A stretch of 64,000 bases of DNA, taken from an uncultured Candidatus Sumerlaeota bacterium. GTDB lineage: Bacteria; Sumerlaeota; Sumerlaeia; MVZB01; JAJFLK01. Numbering within the stretch: the stretch's first letter is position 1; each line of letters opens with the position of its first letter. The notes under the pieces were generated by a model, which was not told the DNA's origin, did no database searches, and saw only the letters and a list, made by a program, of their open reading frames with translations. The stretch covers positions 4,443 through 68,442 of the forward strand of contig CAYXAU010000018.1 in NCBI GenBank assembly GCA_964463045.1, in the 5' to 3' direction. Both the position numbers and the translations under genes were made by a program. Shown one piece after another: positions 46,281-56,770 of this stretch.

Positions 46281-48293
46281 TTAGTGACCCGAGGGCAGGT
46301 TCAACCGATCCACGACCAGGTTCTCCACGATGGCGTCGTCGGCGCCGCTCGCTCCAACGCCCGGGATTCCATCCGGCCCGGTGGTCGCCGTGCCGATGAA
46401 GTCAGCGTTGAAGAAGTCAACCAGCACCCGCAAGGAGTTCGGGTTGGGGAACAACGTCGGATCGCCAACACCGTCGTTGTTCACGTCGCCGATCGAGGCC
46501 TTGTGCGTGAAGAAGATCCCGATGAATTCCTGCGTCACGCCGCCGGTGTCGTTGGGGTGACGTGGGGAACTCGCCCGGTCCAGGGCCGAGCCGACGGCCG
46601 CTCTCGACACGAAATGCTTGCCACCAACTTCAAACGTCGGATTGGTGATGTTGAAGATGATGACGTCGATCGGGTCGATCGTGCCGCCGGAAGCCGTGCC
46701 CGCGACCGAGTTGCGGATCCGCGTCCGGGCCAGATACAACCCGTCGTCCACGTGAACGATCGGGAAGAACTTGGCCGGGTTCGGAAGCGCGCCGCCCAGG
46801 ATCGTCGCCGGTTCGGAGGCCACGTTGTGCGCCAGCCGGAAGAACTGCACGTCGCCCACGCCCTGCGTCGTCCGCGGTCCCGGCGTGTTCGGCATGTTCA
46901 CGACGATCGTGCCGCCCTGGAAGGCGCCGCTCTGATTTGTTCCGAACAGAACGTCCGCCACCTCAAAGACGGCCGGATCGAAGACCGCCGTGTAAGCGTT
47001 CTCGGCCACGTTGTTCTTCAAGGCGCTCAGCCCGACGCTGTCCACGCGCACCGACGTGATGCACAACGTGCCGGAGTCGTTCCGCGAAACGATCGGGTCT
47101 TGCGACCCATTGGGAGCGACATCCAGGTTGGCCACGTCGATGATGCGGAACATCAGCGTGACGAGGTCAAGCCCCGCCGAGCCGGGCGCGAAGACGCTCA
47201 GCGCGTTGTCGGGATTGCCGCCCGGCAGATCACCGTTCCACTGAAGCGTCCCCGTGGACGGAGGCGCCAGATAGAGGTGATAGGCCGAGTTGCCGAACCG
47301 ACCGGGCGCCGAGGCCCCGCCGCCGACGTCGACGAAGAAGAACTCGCCGCCGTAGACGATGCCGAAGCCGCCTGGATCATTGTTGAACCAGTTCAGGAAC
47401 CAGACGGGGATCGCATTGACTCCGCTTTGATCACTGGTCACCGTGAAGCGCGCCCGATAGATCTGATCCTTCGTCAACTGGAAGAAATCACCCGGACTTC
47501 TCCATTCGACGAAGTTGTTGCCGCCGGCGTTCACCGTCAAGCACAGACCGTTGGCGCCGGCCGTAATCGTCGCGCCGCCGGTGAAGTTGGTCAGGATGCC
47601 GCCCAGGTTGAACGACGTCCAGCCCGTCACGTTGGCCGAGACCGTCAAATCGGTCAGGCCCTTGACTTCAACGAGCGAGGCCAAGCCGGTCAGCGAGTCC
47701 GTGGTGTTGGCGTCGGTGTAAACCGTCAGGCTCGTTTGCGTGAAGGACGTCCCGTCAGAGGCAAACAACAGCACGGTCGTCTGATCCAGCCGCTCACGGT
47801 TGACGCCGGGGAACGCTGGATCGATGTTGACCGCGTCCAGGTTCCGGAAAGTCACCGTGTACGCTAACGAGTCGACCGAGTCCACGTCGGTGTCGTTGCT
47901 CTGGATCTGCTTGGCGCTCGGGGGCACCGCCGCGCCCAGCGTCCCGCCGAAGGCCTCGGTGAAGGTCAACGGCGTGACCTGGTTGATCCGAATACGATGG
48001 CGCGGGCTGGCCGTTCCCGGCGTCAGCACGTTGTCCGTAATGCTGTGATAGTACGACCACTTGACGGTGTTGGAGGACGAATCGTCATCGCTGACGAAAA
48101 GCTCCCGCAGGCTGAAGGCGTCGGGGTAGACGAAGTTGTTCGTCGACGTCGCCCCCGCCGTCGCCCCTGCGTCACCGATGATCACGTCAGGCGGCTCCTT
48201 GATGACCGGAGCTTCCGCCCATGATTGCCAGACCTGAGTCAAGGCGATTGCAACTGCCCAGAGGGTTACAAGGAACCCTTTGCTCGTTCTCAA
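46281..48293 (-). CDS. large secreted Thr/Gly/Asn-rich beta-type protein (adhesin/S-layer-like), TTG start
   Basis: signal peptide LVTLWAVAIALTQVWQSWA; GGAGGG RBS; composition typical of secreted beta-solenoid proteins; opposite-strand ORF is Arg-rich artifact. Confidence 0.5.
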   Translation of the reverse strand: MRTSKGFLVTLWAVAIALTQVWQSWAEAPVIKEPPDVIIGDAGATAGATSTNNFVYPDAFSLRELFVSDDDSSSNTVKWSYYHSITDNVLTPGTASPRHRIRINQVTPLTFTEAFGGTLGAAVPPSAKQIQSNDTDVDSVDSLAYTVTFRNLDAVNIDPAFPGVNRERLDQTTVLLFASDGTSFTQTSLTVYTDANTTDSLTGLASLVEVKGLTDLTVSANVTGWTSFNLGGILTNFTGGATITAGANGLCLTVNAGGNNFVEWRSPGDFFQLTKDQIYRARFTVTSDQSGVNAIPVWFLNWFNNDPGGFGIVYGGEFFFVDVGGGASAPGRFGNSAYHLYLAPPSTGTLQWNGDLPGGNPDNALSVFAPGSAGLDLVTLMFRIIDVANLDVAPNGSQDPIVSRNDSGTLCITSVRVDSVGLSALKNNVAENAYTAVFDPAVFEVADVLFGTNQSGAFQGGTIVVNMPNTPGPRTTQGVGDVQFFRLAHNVASEPATILGGALPNPAKFFPIVHVDDGLYLARTRIRNSVAGTASGGTIDPIDVIIFNITNPTFEVGGKHFVSRAAVGSALDRASSPRHPNDTGGVTQEFIGIFFTHKASIGDVNNDGVGDPTLFPNPNSLRVLVDFFNADFIGTATTGPDGIPGVGASGADDAIVENLVVDRLNLPSGH

Positions 48294-48865
48294 GTTGTCT
48301 CTTCCCTCCCTTCCTTTTTGAATCGCCGCCCGGCCTTACGGCCCGGACTTACGGCAGTTCATCAAATGGCTCGCCTTGATGGCCTGGCTCGGTGGGTCCT
48401 CCTTCTACGGCGGGTCGACGGGGGCCTCCGGGGTGGATCGCGCGGGTCGGGGCTCGCGGCCTCGCTTACCGGACATCCCCCGTTTGAAACCTTCTCCTCT
48501 TGCCTTGTGCGCGCCTTTGCCTGGACGTTCCCCCGCCGCCCGAGGGCCGGTCGCGCCAGTGCTTGCGTGCCTCAAACCTATATAGCTCAAGCCTTACGAT
48601 GTCAACCCCAGAATTTTCCTGGGCGGGAGTTTTCGGGCGCCCCCCACCGGGCGACCGGAAGGGGGGAGGGGAAGACGCCCTCCGCCAAGCCACCGAGGGG
48701 GGGTAAAGGGACCAGAGACGCCAATCGGAGCGGGGCTTGCTTTCAAGCGCCGATCGGTCATGATGAGGCTCCACCCACCCGCAGGGTGCGCAGCCGATTC
48801 CCCTCCGGGCTGTGGCCTTCATAAGAGGGCCCGCTATTTCCCAGGATATTGATTCCAGAAGACTT

Positions 48866-49798
48866 ATGCACAAGACGCCGGAAAACCTGCCCTTGGTTTA
48901 CCATCCCGACTACGAGATGGATATTGGAAACCATGTCTTCTCCACGGCCAAATACCGACTCGCGCTGGACCTCCTCCGCCACGACGGCTACGCCCTCGCC
49001 GAATCGATCCGCCAACCCCAGCCGGCTTCCCGCGAAGAGTTGCTGACGGTCCTGACGGCCGGGATGCTGGCCGACCTGGACCATTTGCAGTGGACGGCCC
49101 GGACGATCTTCTCCGAGCTGCCGCTTTCGGAGGGGATCGTCCGGGGCTTCAAGCTGATGACCGGCGGGACGATTCTGGCCACGCGCCTGGCCCTGGAGCA
49201 GGGTTTGGCGGTTCACGTGGGCGGGGGTTTTCATCACGGCTTCGCCGACCACGCCGAGGGGTTCTGCTACATCAACGACATCGCCGTGGCTATCCGGGTG
49301 GCGCAACGGGAGGGGTTGATCCGGCGGGCGGCCGTCATCGACGTCGATCTGCACCAGGGAAACGGGACGGCTCACATTTTCCTCCACGACCCGGATGTCC
49401 TCACGTTTTCGATTCACCAGGAGATGCTCTACCCGGTCGAGAAACAGCGCAGCGACATTGACATCGGGCTTGAGCGCTTCATCGGCGACGAGGCCTATCT
49501 CCGGCAGTTGGGCTCCGTCGTTCCGCGCCGGATCGCCGAGCACCGCCCCGAGCTGGTCGTCTACGTCGCCGGGGCGGATCCGTTTGAGGAGGATCAGCTC
49601 GGCGATCTACGGCTGACGATGGAAGGGCTCAGACGACGGGACCGGCTGGTGGCCGAAGCCGCCCGCGCCGAGGGTTGGCCGCTCGTGGCGGTGCTGGCCG
49701 GCGGCTACGCGCGTAATCCGCGCGACACGGCCCGAATCCACGCCAACATGGCCATCGAGCTGGCTGGAGCGTTCGGGATCGAGCCCCGGCCATCTTGA
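48866..49798 (+). CDS. histone deacetylase-family (arginase/deacetylase fold) amidohydrolase
   Basis: LPLVYHPDY start, GGGFHHGFADHAEGFCYINDIAVA and IDVDLHQGNGT motifs; GTG start at 48812 rejected (ATA/AGA codons). Confidence 0.75.
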   Translation: MHKTPENLPLVYHPDYEMDIGNHVFSTAKYRLALDLLRHDGYALAESIRQPQPASREELLTVLTAGMLADLDHLQWTARTIFSELPLSEGIVRGFKLMTGGTILATRLALEQGLAVHVGGGFHHGFADHAEGFCYINDIAVAIRVAQREGLIRRAAVIDVDLHQGNGTAHIFLHDPDVLTFSIHQEMLYPVEKQRSDIDIGLERFIGDEAYLRQLGSVVPRRIAEHRPELVVYVAGADPFEEDQLGDLRLTMEGLRRRDRLVAEAARAEGWPLVAVLAGGYARNPRDTARIHANMAIELAGAFGIEPRPS

Positions 49799-49825
49799 GC
49801 GCGTCGGGGGGGCTCCCGAGCAGGC

Positions 49826-51157
49826 CTATCGGCCGACGCAGTAAAGATAATCCGACGTGCGGAGATAGATCCGAGGGCCCACGATCACCGGCGAGGAGAG
49901 GGTGTAGCCCCCCTCCAGCTCGTTCGTGGCCAGGACCTTGAAAGTGGGCCCAGCCTCCAGGACCGTCGTCGTGGCCGTCTCGTTGATGGCGTAGATTTTC
50001 CCGTCGGCCAGCACGGGTGAAGAGCTATAGGTCCCCGTGGCGAGCCGTTGCGGGGGATAGAGTTCCTTGCCCGTCTGGGCGTCCAGGCAGGAGAAAACCC
50101 CGCGGTCGTCCACGACCCAGACGTAACGGCCATCGGTGACGACGGACGGGACGTCGGCGGCGCGCTGAGAGGTCCAGAGCGTCTGGACCTTTGACGGGTC
50201 CCCCCCCACGCCGACCTTGACGGCCATCAGCAGATTGCCGCGATCGCCGGGGGCCAGAACCGTGTCCCCGAAGACGACCGAGGAGGCAATGGTCCGGTTG
50301 GTCGGGATGCGTTTGGGGTTAAAGCCGCCGACGCGCCAGAGTTCGCGTCCGGTGGCCATGTCGTGGCCCGTCAGATAATCCGCGCCGTTGATGACGACTT
50401 GCGTCATGCCGGCGGCCTGGAGCGGCTGGGGGGTCGTATAGGCGTCCGGGGATTCCATGACGGCGTCGGTCGGGCGTTCGACGCGCCAGAGGGGCTTGCC
50501 CGTCAATTTATCCAGCGCCGCCAGATACGAGGGATCGTCGGTTTTCATGCCGTGGAGGACCGGGATCACGAGCCGGTCCGCGTAAAGTAGCGCCGAGGAG
50601 GCGAAGCCGTGATTGAGGCCGAACCGGCCGAAATCGTCCTGAAGATTCCGCCTCCAGAGCTCCTTGCCGTCGAAGTCGAAGCAGCGGAGGTCGCCGTTGC
50701 CGGTGAGCGTCCAGACCCGCTCGCCGTCGGTGATCGGCGACGGGGAGGACATGTTCTGTTTCATCTGGAACCGATTGCCGCCGCCGGTGGGCCGACGCCA
50801 GAGCTCCCCGCCGTCGCTGAGCCGCAAGCAGAGCAGGAAAAGTTGATCCCCACCGGGGTCGCGATACTGACCCCGGCGCGGTCCGGCCGCTTGGGCCTGC
50901 TCGCCGGTCAACCCGGCGCTTTTTTCCGGCGTGTGGACGAACATCCGGTCGCCCCAGACCGCCGGTGTGGAGCCGCTCCAGGCCGGCATGGCCACTTTCC
51001 AGACGACGTTCTCGGTATCGCTCCATTGGACGGGGAGGCCGGCGGCCTCGGCCGTCCCGTCGAGATGGGGGCCGCGCCATTGAGGCCAACTCTCGTTGGC
51101 GGGCCCCGTCCGCCCCAACCCCCAAAGCAGGATGCCGATCGCTAACCCACGTCTCAT
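49826..51157 (-). CDS. secreted PQQ-like beta-propeller repeat protein (BamB-like fold)
   Basis: signal peptide MRRGLAIGILLWGLG; repeated G..LW/LWR propeller blades; start at internal ATG with AAGGGAG RBS. Confidence 0.6.
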   Translation of the reverse strand: MRRGLAIGILLWGLGRTGPANESWPQWRGPHLDGTAEAAGLPVQWSDTENVVWKVAMPAWSGSTPAVWGDRMFVHTPEKSAGLTGEQAQAAGPRRGQYRDPGGDQLFLLCLRLSDGGELWRRPTGGGNRFQMKQNMSSPSPITDGERVWTLTGNGDLRCFDFDGKELWRRNLQDDFGRFGLNHGFASSALLYADRLVIPVLHGMKTDDPSYLAALDKLTGKPLWRVERPTDAVMESPDAYTTPQPLQAAGMTQVVINGADYLTGHDMATGRELWRVGGFNPKRIPTNRTIASSVVFGDTVLAPGDRGNLLMAVKVGVGGDPSKVQTLWTSQRAADVPSVVTDGRYVWVVDDRGVFSCLDAQTGKELYPPQRLATGTYSSSPVLADGKIYAINETATTTVLEAGPTFKVLATNELEGGYTLSSPVIVGPRIYLRTSDYLYCVGR

Positions 51158-51295
51158 CGCCTCATCTCCCTTGCAAAATATGCGCTCCCCCCGGCGCAAG
51201 GGCCCGGAGCGGCGGTCGCGCCCTGGCCCGATGCCTTCCGGCGGGTCCCAGATTAGGCCAAAGGCGGGCGACTGGCGAGCCGAATCGGTCCCGGC

Positions 51296-53026
51296 TCAAT
51301 CGAGCGCGAGGGCTTCGGCGACGGCCTCGATGATGGGGCCGACGGTGGCCGAAGAGAAATCGAACCGGGCCCCGGCGGCCTCGAACAACTCCGGCAGCGG
51401 GCGGCTGCCGCCGAGGGCGAGGGCTCGGCGATAGTCAGCCACGGCCGCCGTCGGATCGTGACGCCGGCGCAGCCAGAGCTGGAGCGCCCCAAGTTGAGCG
51501 ATGCCGTACTCGATGTAGTAAAAGGGGACCTCGTAGAGATGGAGCTGACGCTGCCAGGAGGCGCGGTGAAAGTCTTCGAGCCCGCCCCAGTCCACGCCGG
51601 GGCTGAAACGCTCCTCCAAGCCGACCCAGGCGGTATCCCGCTCGGCGCGCGTGTGCTCAGGATGGAGATAAAGCCAATGCTGGAAGGCGTCGATCGAGGC
51701 GATCCAGGGGAACAATTCGATCAGTTGCTCCAGGTGATGGCGGCGGGAACGGCCGGCTTCCTCCGTCCCATAGAATTCGTCCAGATAGTCGTAGGCGAAA
51801 AGCTCCATCGTCATGGAGGCGACTTCGCAGAACTCCATCGGCGCGTGGCGATAGGCCAGGAGCGGCTCCGGGCGCGTGGCGAAGGCGTGAAAGGCGTGGC
51901 CGCCTTCGTGGAGGAGGGTGAAAACGTCCCGGTCGACGCCGGCGGCGTTCATGAAAATGAAGGGGTACCGGACCTCTTCGAGGGAGGATTGGTAGCCGCC
52001 GGGGGCCTTGCCGACCCGGCTTTCGAGGTCCAGAAGGCCCAGGCCGCGCATGCGCTCGAATTGGCGGCCGAGGTCGGGGTCGATCCGATAAAAAATACGC
52101 GAGCAGCCTTCGGCCAACGCTTCGGCGCGGCTGAAGGGCCTGAGCGGGGGGCGTCCGAGGGGATCAACCTTGAGGTCCCAGGGACGCAGGCGATCCAGAT
52201 TCAGATGACGCCGACGGTCCTCTCGAAGGCGCCTCAGCAGGGGAACGACGAACTCGGCCACGGCCTCGTGAAAGGCCAGGCAATCGCGCGGGGCGTAGTC
52301 GAAACGGCCGTAAGCCTGGTGCTGGTAATCCCGGAAGTTTTCGAAGCCGGCGTTGGCGGCGATCTGCGTTCTCAGTCTGATCATCGTGTCGAAGAGGTCG
52401 TTGAGGGCGTCCCGGTCGCGCTTCCGGCGGGCGGCCACGAGCTCCCAGGCTTCCTGCCGCGTGGCCCGCTCGGCGGCTTCCAGGAAGGGGTTCATCTGCG
52501 CCAGGGTCTTGACCTCCCCGCGGAACGTAACCGTCATGGCGCCGCAGACCTTCTGATATTGCTGGCGCAGCTTGGCGTCCTCGGTCTGGAGCGGAACGTT
52601 TTCGTCGCGGTAGAGCTTGACCTCGTTTTCGATGTCCCGGTCGAGGACGGCGTAGCGGGGCGGATCAAGCTCAGGTCGACAGGGGGAAGCCAGGAACTGG
52701 CGATGAAGCTTGTCCCAGTGCGGCTTGGCGCGGGGGGTGATGGTCTCGAGGAAATGCAGATAGGCGCCTTCGAGATCGGGATCGGCGGTGTCGCAGGTCA
52801 TGGCGATGTAGCGGCGCGTCCCTTCCTCGCTCAGAACCGACCCGAGTTCGCTCTGGTCCAGCAGCCAGGCCTCAAGCTCTGGAACGCTGCCGAGGGCCTC
52901 ACCCCGCCGTTCCAGCTCAAGGAAAAGGGGCTCGATTTCGGCCCACTGGCCGAAGTTCTTCACGCCGGCGGTAAACCGGCGAGGGAACTCTTCCCCCCGA
53001 ACGGGAGCAATCTGAGGAGCCGTCAT
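51296..53026 (-). CDS. pepF: M3-family oligoendopeptidase F
   Basis: HEGGHAFH zinc motif and M3B-typical length (576 aa). Confidence 0.8.
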   Translation of the reverse strand: MTAPQIAPVRGEEFPRRFTAGVKNFGQWAEIEPLFLELERRGEALGSVPELEAWLLDQSELGSVLSEEGTRRYIAMTCDTADPDLEGAYLHFLETITPRAKPHWDKLHRQFLASPCRPELDPPRYAVLDRDIENEVKLYRDENVPLQTEDAKLRQQYQKVCGAMTVTFRGEVKTLAQMNPFLEAAERATRQEAWELVAARRKRDRDALNDLFDTMIRLRTQIAANAGFENFRDYQHQAYGRFDYAPRDCLAFHEAVAEFVVPLLRRLREDRRRHLNLDRLRPWDLKVDPLGRPPLRPFSRAEALAEGCSRIFYRIDPDLGRQFERMRGLGLLDLESRVGKAPGGYQSSLEEVRYPFIFMNAAGVDRDVFTLLHEGGHAFHAFATRPEPLLAYRHAPMEFCEVASMTMELFAYDYLDEFYGTEEAGRSRRHHLEQLIELFPWIASIDAFQHWLYLHPEHTRAERDTAWVGLEERFSPGVDWGGLEDFHRASWQRQLHLYEVPFYYIEYGIAQLGALQLWLRRRHDPTAAVADYRRALALGGSRPLPELFEAAGARFDFSSATVGPIIEAVAEALALD

Positions 53027-53098
53027 CGCTTATCCGGCGGCGGGGGCACGTCGAGTCCGGACGGCGGTTGGCGAGCCGCCCGTCCGGCGGGAGCCCTC

Positions 53099-54076
53099 TT
53101 ACCAGTGGAGCACAATCTTGCCGACGGTCTGGCGCGAAGCCAGGCGCTCCATGGCCTCGCCCACGCGCTCCATGGGATATCGCCCGCCGATGACGGGCTT
53201 CAAGGGGGCGCGCCGGGCCAGCTCGATCAACTCCTGCCAGGCCTGGTCGATCCTGGCCGGATTCATCTGGCGATAGTAGCCCCAGTGCAGCCCCACCACG
53301 CTATAGTTCTTGATCAGGATATGATTGGAGACGAAGTTCGAGAACCGACCGCTCGTGAACCCGACGATGAGCAGCCGGCCCTCGAAGGCGATGCACTTGG
53401 TGGATCGCTCGGCAAGCTCGCCGCCGACGGGGTCATAGATGATGTCGGCGCCTCGGCCCTCGGTCTCGCGCTTGACGACTTGAACGAAGTCCTCGGTCTG
53501 ATAGTTCACGGCCACGTCGGCCCCCTGAGCCCGGACCAGATCGAGCTTGGAGTCCGAACCCACCGTGGCCAGAAGCTTGCCCGCCCCCAGCGCCCTGGCG
53601 ATCTGAAGGGCGGACAACCCGACGCCGCCGGCGGCTGAGTGAATCAGGACGGTCTCCCCCGGCTTCATCCCGGCGCGGTGAACCAGCCCGAAATACGACG
53701 TCTGATAGACGAGCGGGAAGGCTGAGGCTTCCTCGTCGCTCAGGCCGTCTGGGATCGGGCGGACGGCGCCGGCCGGGGCGACGGCGTACTCGGCGAACCC
53801 CCCCATAGGCAGGTGCGCCATCACCCGAACCCCCGGCCGGAGGCCGACAACCCCCTCGCCGAGGGCGTGGACCGTCCCGGCGACCTCAAACCCCGGGGAG
53901 AAGGGAAACGGCGGCCGGACCTGGTACTTGTGGCCGATAATCAGGAGGTCGGGGAAATTCAGCGCCGCCGCGGCGACCTTGATGAGCACCTCGCCCGGTC
54001 CCGGCGAAGGGGTCTCGATCTCCTCCAGCCTCAGATCGGCGGGTTCACAGGGGGCGTGAGCGCGAACGGCCTTCAT
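53099..54076 (-). CDS. NADPH:quinone oxidoreductase / MDR-family zinc-type alcohol dehydrogenase
   Basis: MKAVR...GEVLIKVAAAALNFPD and AAGGVG Rossmann motifs. Confidence 0.8.
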   Translation of the reverse strand: MKAVRAHAPCEPADLRLEEIETPSPGPGEVLIKVAAAALNFPDLLIIGHKYQVRPPFPFSPGFEVAGTVHALGEGVVGLRPGVRVMAHLPMGGFAEYAVAPAGAVRPIPDGLSDEEASAFPLVYQTSYFGLVHRAGMKPGETVLIHSAAGGVGLSALQIARALGAGKLLATVGSDSKLDLVRAQGADVAVNYQTEDFVQVVKRETEGRGADIIYDPVGGELAERSTKCIAFEGRLLIVGFTSGRFSNFVSNHILIKNYSVVGLHWGYYRQMNPARIDQAWQELIELARRAPLKPVIGGRYPMERVGEAMERLASRQTVGKIVLHW

Positions 54077-54250
54077 CGTTCCCGGCGGGCGCCTCGAGGG
54101 CAAACCGGGCCCATGGTAGGAGAGGGTCGCCAGGGGGTCAACGCGCATTGCCAGAACGCCCGCCGGCGGCTACGATGCGCGGGCTTTGAGTCCTTGAGAG
54201 CGGCCGGCGTCGGCCTCCCGGTCGGGAGCCCCCCGGGCGAGACTTCGGAG

Positions 54251-54463
54251 ATGGACGCTCCAGAGCTGGCCCCTGAGGAAATACGGGATTTGATCGACCG
54301 ATTTGAGCGCGAGGGTTACATCGTCTTTCGGATCGAGGCCGATCGGGCCCGCTTCTCCGCCCTGGCTGATTACGTCAGCCAGCGGATGGTGCCGATCTGG
54401 ACCGACGTGGACGCCGAAGCCGGGACGGTGACCTTCGCGCTTCGCCCGCGCGGTTCCATCTGA
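54251..54463 (+). CDS. possible small (70 aa) hypothetical protein
   Basis: GC3-biased frame in otherwise intergenic 54149..54536; no convincing RBS. Confidence 0.2.
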   Translation: MDAPELAPEEIRDLIDRFEREGYIVFRIEADRARFSALADYVSQRMVPIWTDVDAEAGTVTFALRPRGSI

Positions 54464-54536
54464 GCATTCGAGACCCGATGGCCGGCGGCCAGGATGGCCC
54501 GGCGCAGAACGAGCACGGGAAGCCCAGGAATCGAGC

Positions 54537-55343
54537 ATGACGTTGAATCCGGCCCGGCGTCGATTTGAAGGCAAGGTAGCGATCGTGACCGGGGCCGGCT
54601 ATGGCATCGGCCGGGCGATCGCGCTCTCGTTGGGGGAGGAAGGGGCGGCCCTCGCGCTGGCCGCCCGCAGCCGGGCCCGATTGGAAGAAGTCGCCGAGGC
54701 GATCCGAGCCGCCGGGGGCCGGGCCGAAGTCATCGTCACCGACGTGGCCGACGAATCGAGCGTCGAGCGGATGACCGCCGGCGTCCTCCAGCGTCTGGGC
54801 TGCCCGGACGTCCTGATCAATAACGCCGGGATCGCCGGGCCGACCAAGCTCGCCCGGGATATCACGCGGGAAGAATGGTCGAAGACGCTCGCGACGAACC
54901 TGACGGGGGCGTTCTTTTGCGCCAAGCACGTTGTGCGACCGATGATTGAACGGGGTCGCGGCGGCGCGATCGTCAACGTCGCCTCGGTCGCCGGGCGGAT
55001 CGGCTATCCGATGCGCACGCCCTACGCCGCTTCCAAGTGGGGGATGATCGGGCTCAATCATTCGCTGGCGGCGGAGTTGGGGCCCATGAGCATCCGCGTC
55101 AACTGCGTTTGCCCGGGGCCCGTCCAGGGCGAACGGATGGAGAACGTGGTCAGGGCGCGGGCCGAAGCCTCGGGCATCGCGCTGGAGAAGGCGCGACATC
55201 AAGCCACGAGCGGCATCCCGCTGGGCCGATGGGTGACGCCCGAAGAAGTCGCCCAGGCCGTCCTGTTTCTGGCCAGCGAGGCCGACGCCTCCGGGATTAC
55301 CGGTCAGGCCTTCACCGTCTGCGGCGGCCTCCGCATGCAGTAG
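54537..55343 (+). CDS. SDR-family oxidoreductase
   Basis: TGAGYGIGRAIA (TGxxxGxG), NNAG and YxxxK motifs. Confidence 0.85.
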   Translation: MTLNPARRRFEGKVAIVTGAGYGIGRAIALSLGEEGAALALAARSRARLEEVAEAIRAAGGRAEVIVTDVADESSVERMTAGVLQRLGCPDVLINNAGIAGPTKLARDITREEWSKTLATNLTGAFFCAKHVVRPMIERGRGGAIVNVASVAGRIGYPMRTPYAASKWGMIGLNHSLAAELGPMSIRVNCVCPGPVQGERMENVVRARAEASGIALEKARHQATSGIPLGRWVTPEEVAQAVLFLASEADASGITGQAFTVCGGLRMQ

Positions 55344-55475
55344 CGGACGGGTGGGCCTTGCTCTGGAACGGCGCCTGAGTCGGGCCGCTCCGGGGGAGGC
55401 GCCGAGGCGATCGGCAGGCCGGGCGGGAACCCTCCGGGGGCCAGGGCTTGAGATCGGTTTGGACTCATCGCTACA

Positions 55476-56768
55476 GTGGGCGGGGGAGAACGCCGGGCGC
55501 AAGTCCTCAGGCGGGCGTTGATGGCCGCCGAATCCAAAACTACCCCGTCCGTGGCCGCCGTCGATCCCCTTGATCTGGAGCCGGAAAGGGAGATGGGAGC
55601 CGGGGCACGGGACGATCGGCCGTTGGGGACCGAGGAGATCGAGCCGGAAACGGGACGGCGACGCCTGGAGGAGACGGCGGCGGCGCGTTTGCAGCACGGG
55701 CTCACGCTTCTGGCCTTGAGCCTGCTGGTCGTGGCGCTGATCTACGTCATGTTGCGGGAACTGGCGGGGATTCTGAAGCCGTTGGCCATCGCCGTCTTCA
55801 TGTGCTACCTGATCATACCGGCTCACCGATGGCTGGTGCGGCGGCGCATCCCTTCGCTGGTATCCTACCTCTGCATCGTCGCGATCTTTTCGGGCATCCT
55901 CTACGGCCTGGGGACGATGCTTTACTCGGCGCTGGCGGAGATGAACGACCGGATCCCCGATTACCAGGAGAAACTCGACGGGCAGATCGATCGCGTGGAA
56001 GGGCTCCTGGCGAGGCTGCCGTTGCCGCGCCTGCCGGGGACGGCCCCGGACCGCCCCTTTCGCCAGATGATCGAGGATTCGATCTCGGTCGAGCGCGTGA
56101 CGGGGCTGGTGACTTCGACGCTCGGGACGTTCATCGGGTTCTCGACGACGCTCATCATCGTGATGTTTTATCTGATTTTCATGCTGGCCGAGGCCACGCA
56201 CTTTGAGCAACGCCTGCGGCGGGCCTTCGGGCCTCGACGGGCCGAGCGGATGTTCCAGGTCTTCGTGACGATCAACGGCAGCATCGCCCAGTTCATCGCC
56301 GTCAAAACCTTCATCAGCTTCCTGAAGGCCGCTTTCACGATGGCGATCCTGAGCCTTTTCGCCGTCGATTTCTACGTCCTCTGGGGCATTCTCACGTTCT
56401 TCGCCAATTTCGTCCCTTACGTCGGCTCGATCGCCGCCGTCACGTTGCCGATCGGCCTGAGCTTCATCCAATATCAGAGCCCCTGGATCGGCCTGACGCT
56501 GGCCGTGCTGCTCATCGCGCTCCAAGAAGTGACGGGGAACCTGCTCGAGCCCTGGATGTTCGGCCGGCGGCTGGACCTGAGCCCGGTGATCATCCTGGTC
56601 GCGCTGGCCTTCTGGGGCTCGCTCTGGGGCGTCGTCGGGATGGTGCTCTCCGTGCCGTTGCTGGTCAGCCTGCGGATCGTCCTACAGAACATGGAGCAGA
56701 CGCGGCCGCTGGCCCGCATGATGGCCGACCCGTGGGGAGACCGCGTGGCCGATCCGAACGAGGACTAA
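55476..56768 (+). CDS. AI-2E family transporter (PerM/UPF0118)
   Basis: 8 TM architecture and conserved C-terminal GxxG region; start may be 55521. Confidence 0.7.
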   Translation: MGGGERRAQVLRRALMAAESKTTPSVAAVDPLDLEPEREMGAGARDDRPLGTEEIEPETGRRRLEETAAARLQHGLTLLALSLLVVALIYVMLRELAGILKPLAIAVFMCYLIIPAHRWLVRRRIPSLVSYLCIVAIFSGILYGLGTMLYSALAEMNDRIPDYQEKLDGQIDRVEGLLARLPLPRLPGTAPDRPFRQMIEDSISVERVTGLVTSTLGTFIGFSTTLIIVMFYLIFMLAEATHFEQRLRRAFGPRRAERMFQVFVTINGSIAQFIAVKTFISFLKAAFTMAILSLFAVDFYVLWGILTFFANFVPYVGSIAAVTLPIGLSFIQYQSPWIGLTLAVLLIALQEVTGNLLEPWMFGRRLDLSPVIILVALAFWGSLWGVVGMVLSVPLLVSLRIVLQNMEQTRPLARMMADPWGDRVADPNED

Positions 56769-56770
56769 CC

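Noticed and set aside
46023-47867. 614 aa plus-strand ORF opposite the large secreted protein
   Set aside because: Arg-rich, no signal or domains; minus-strand product has signal peptide, RBS and balanced secreted-protein composition
48812-48865. GTG start extending the deacetylase gene by 18 codons
   Set aside because: Extension uses ATA/AGA/ATT codons rare for this genome; canonical N-terminus LPLVYHPDY begins right after ATG 48866
51458-53638. 726 aa plus-strand ORF antisense to pepF and quinone reductase
   Set aside because: Spans two real minus-strand genes and the intergenic gap; low-complexity product
54375-56525. 716 aa minus-strand ORF overlapping SDR and AI-2E genes
   Set aside because: Antisense, Arg/Asp/Gly/Gln-rich low complexity; plus strand has canonical SDR and transporter genes
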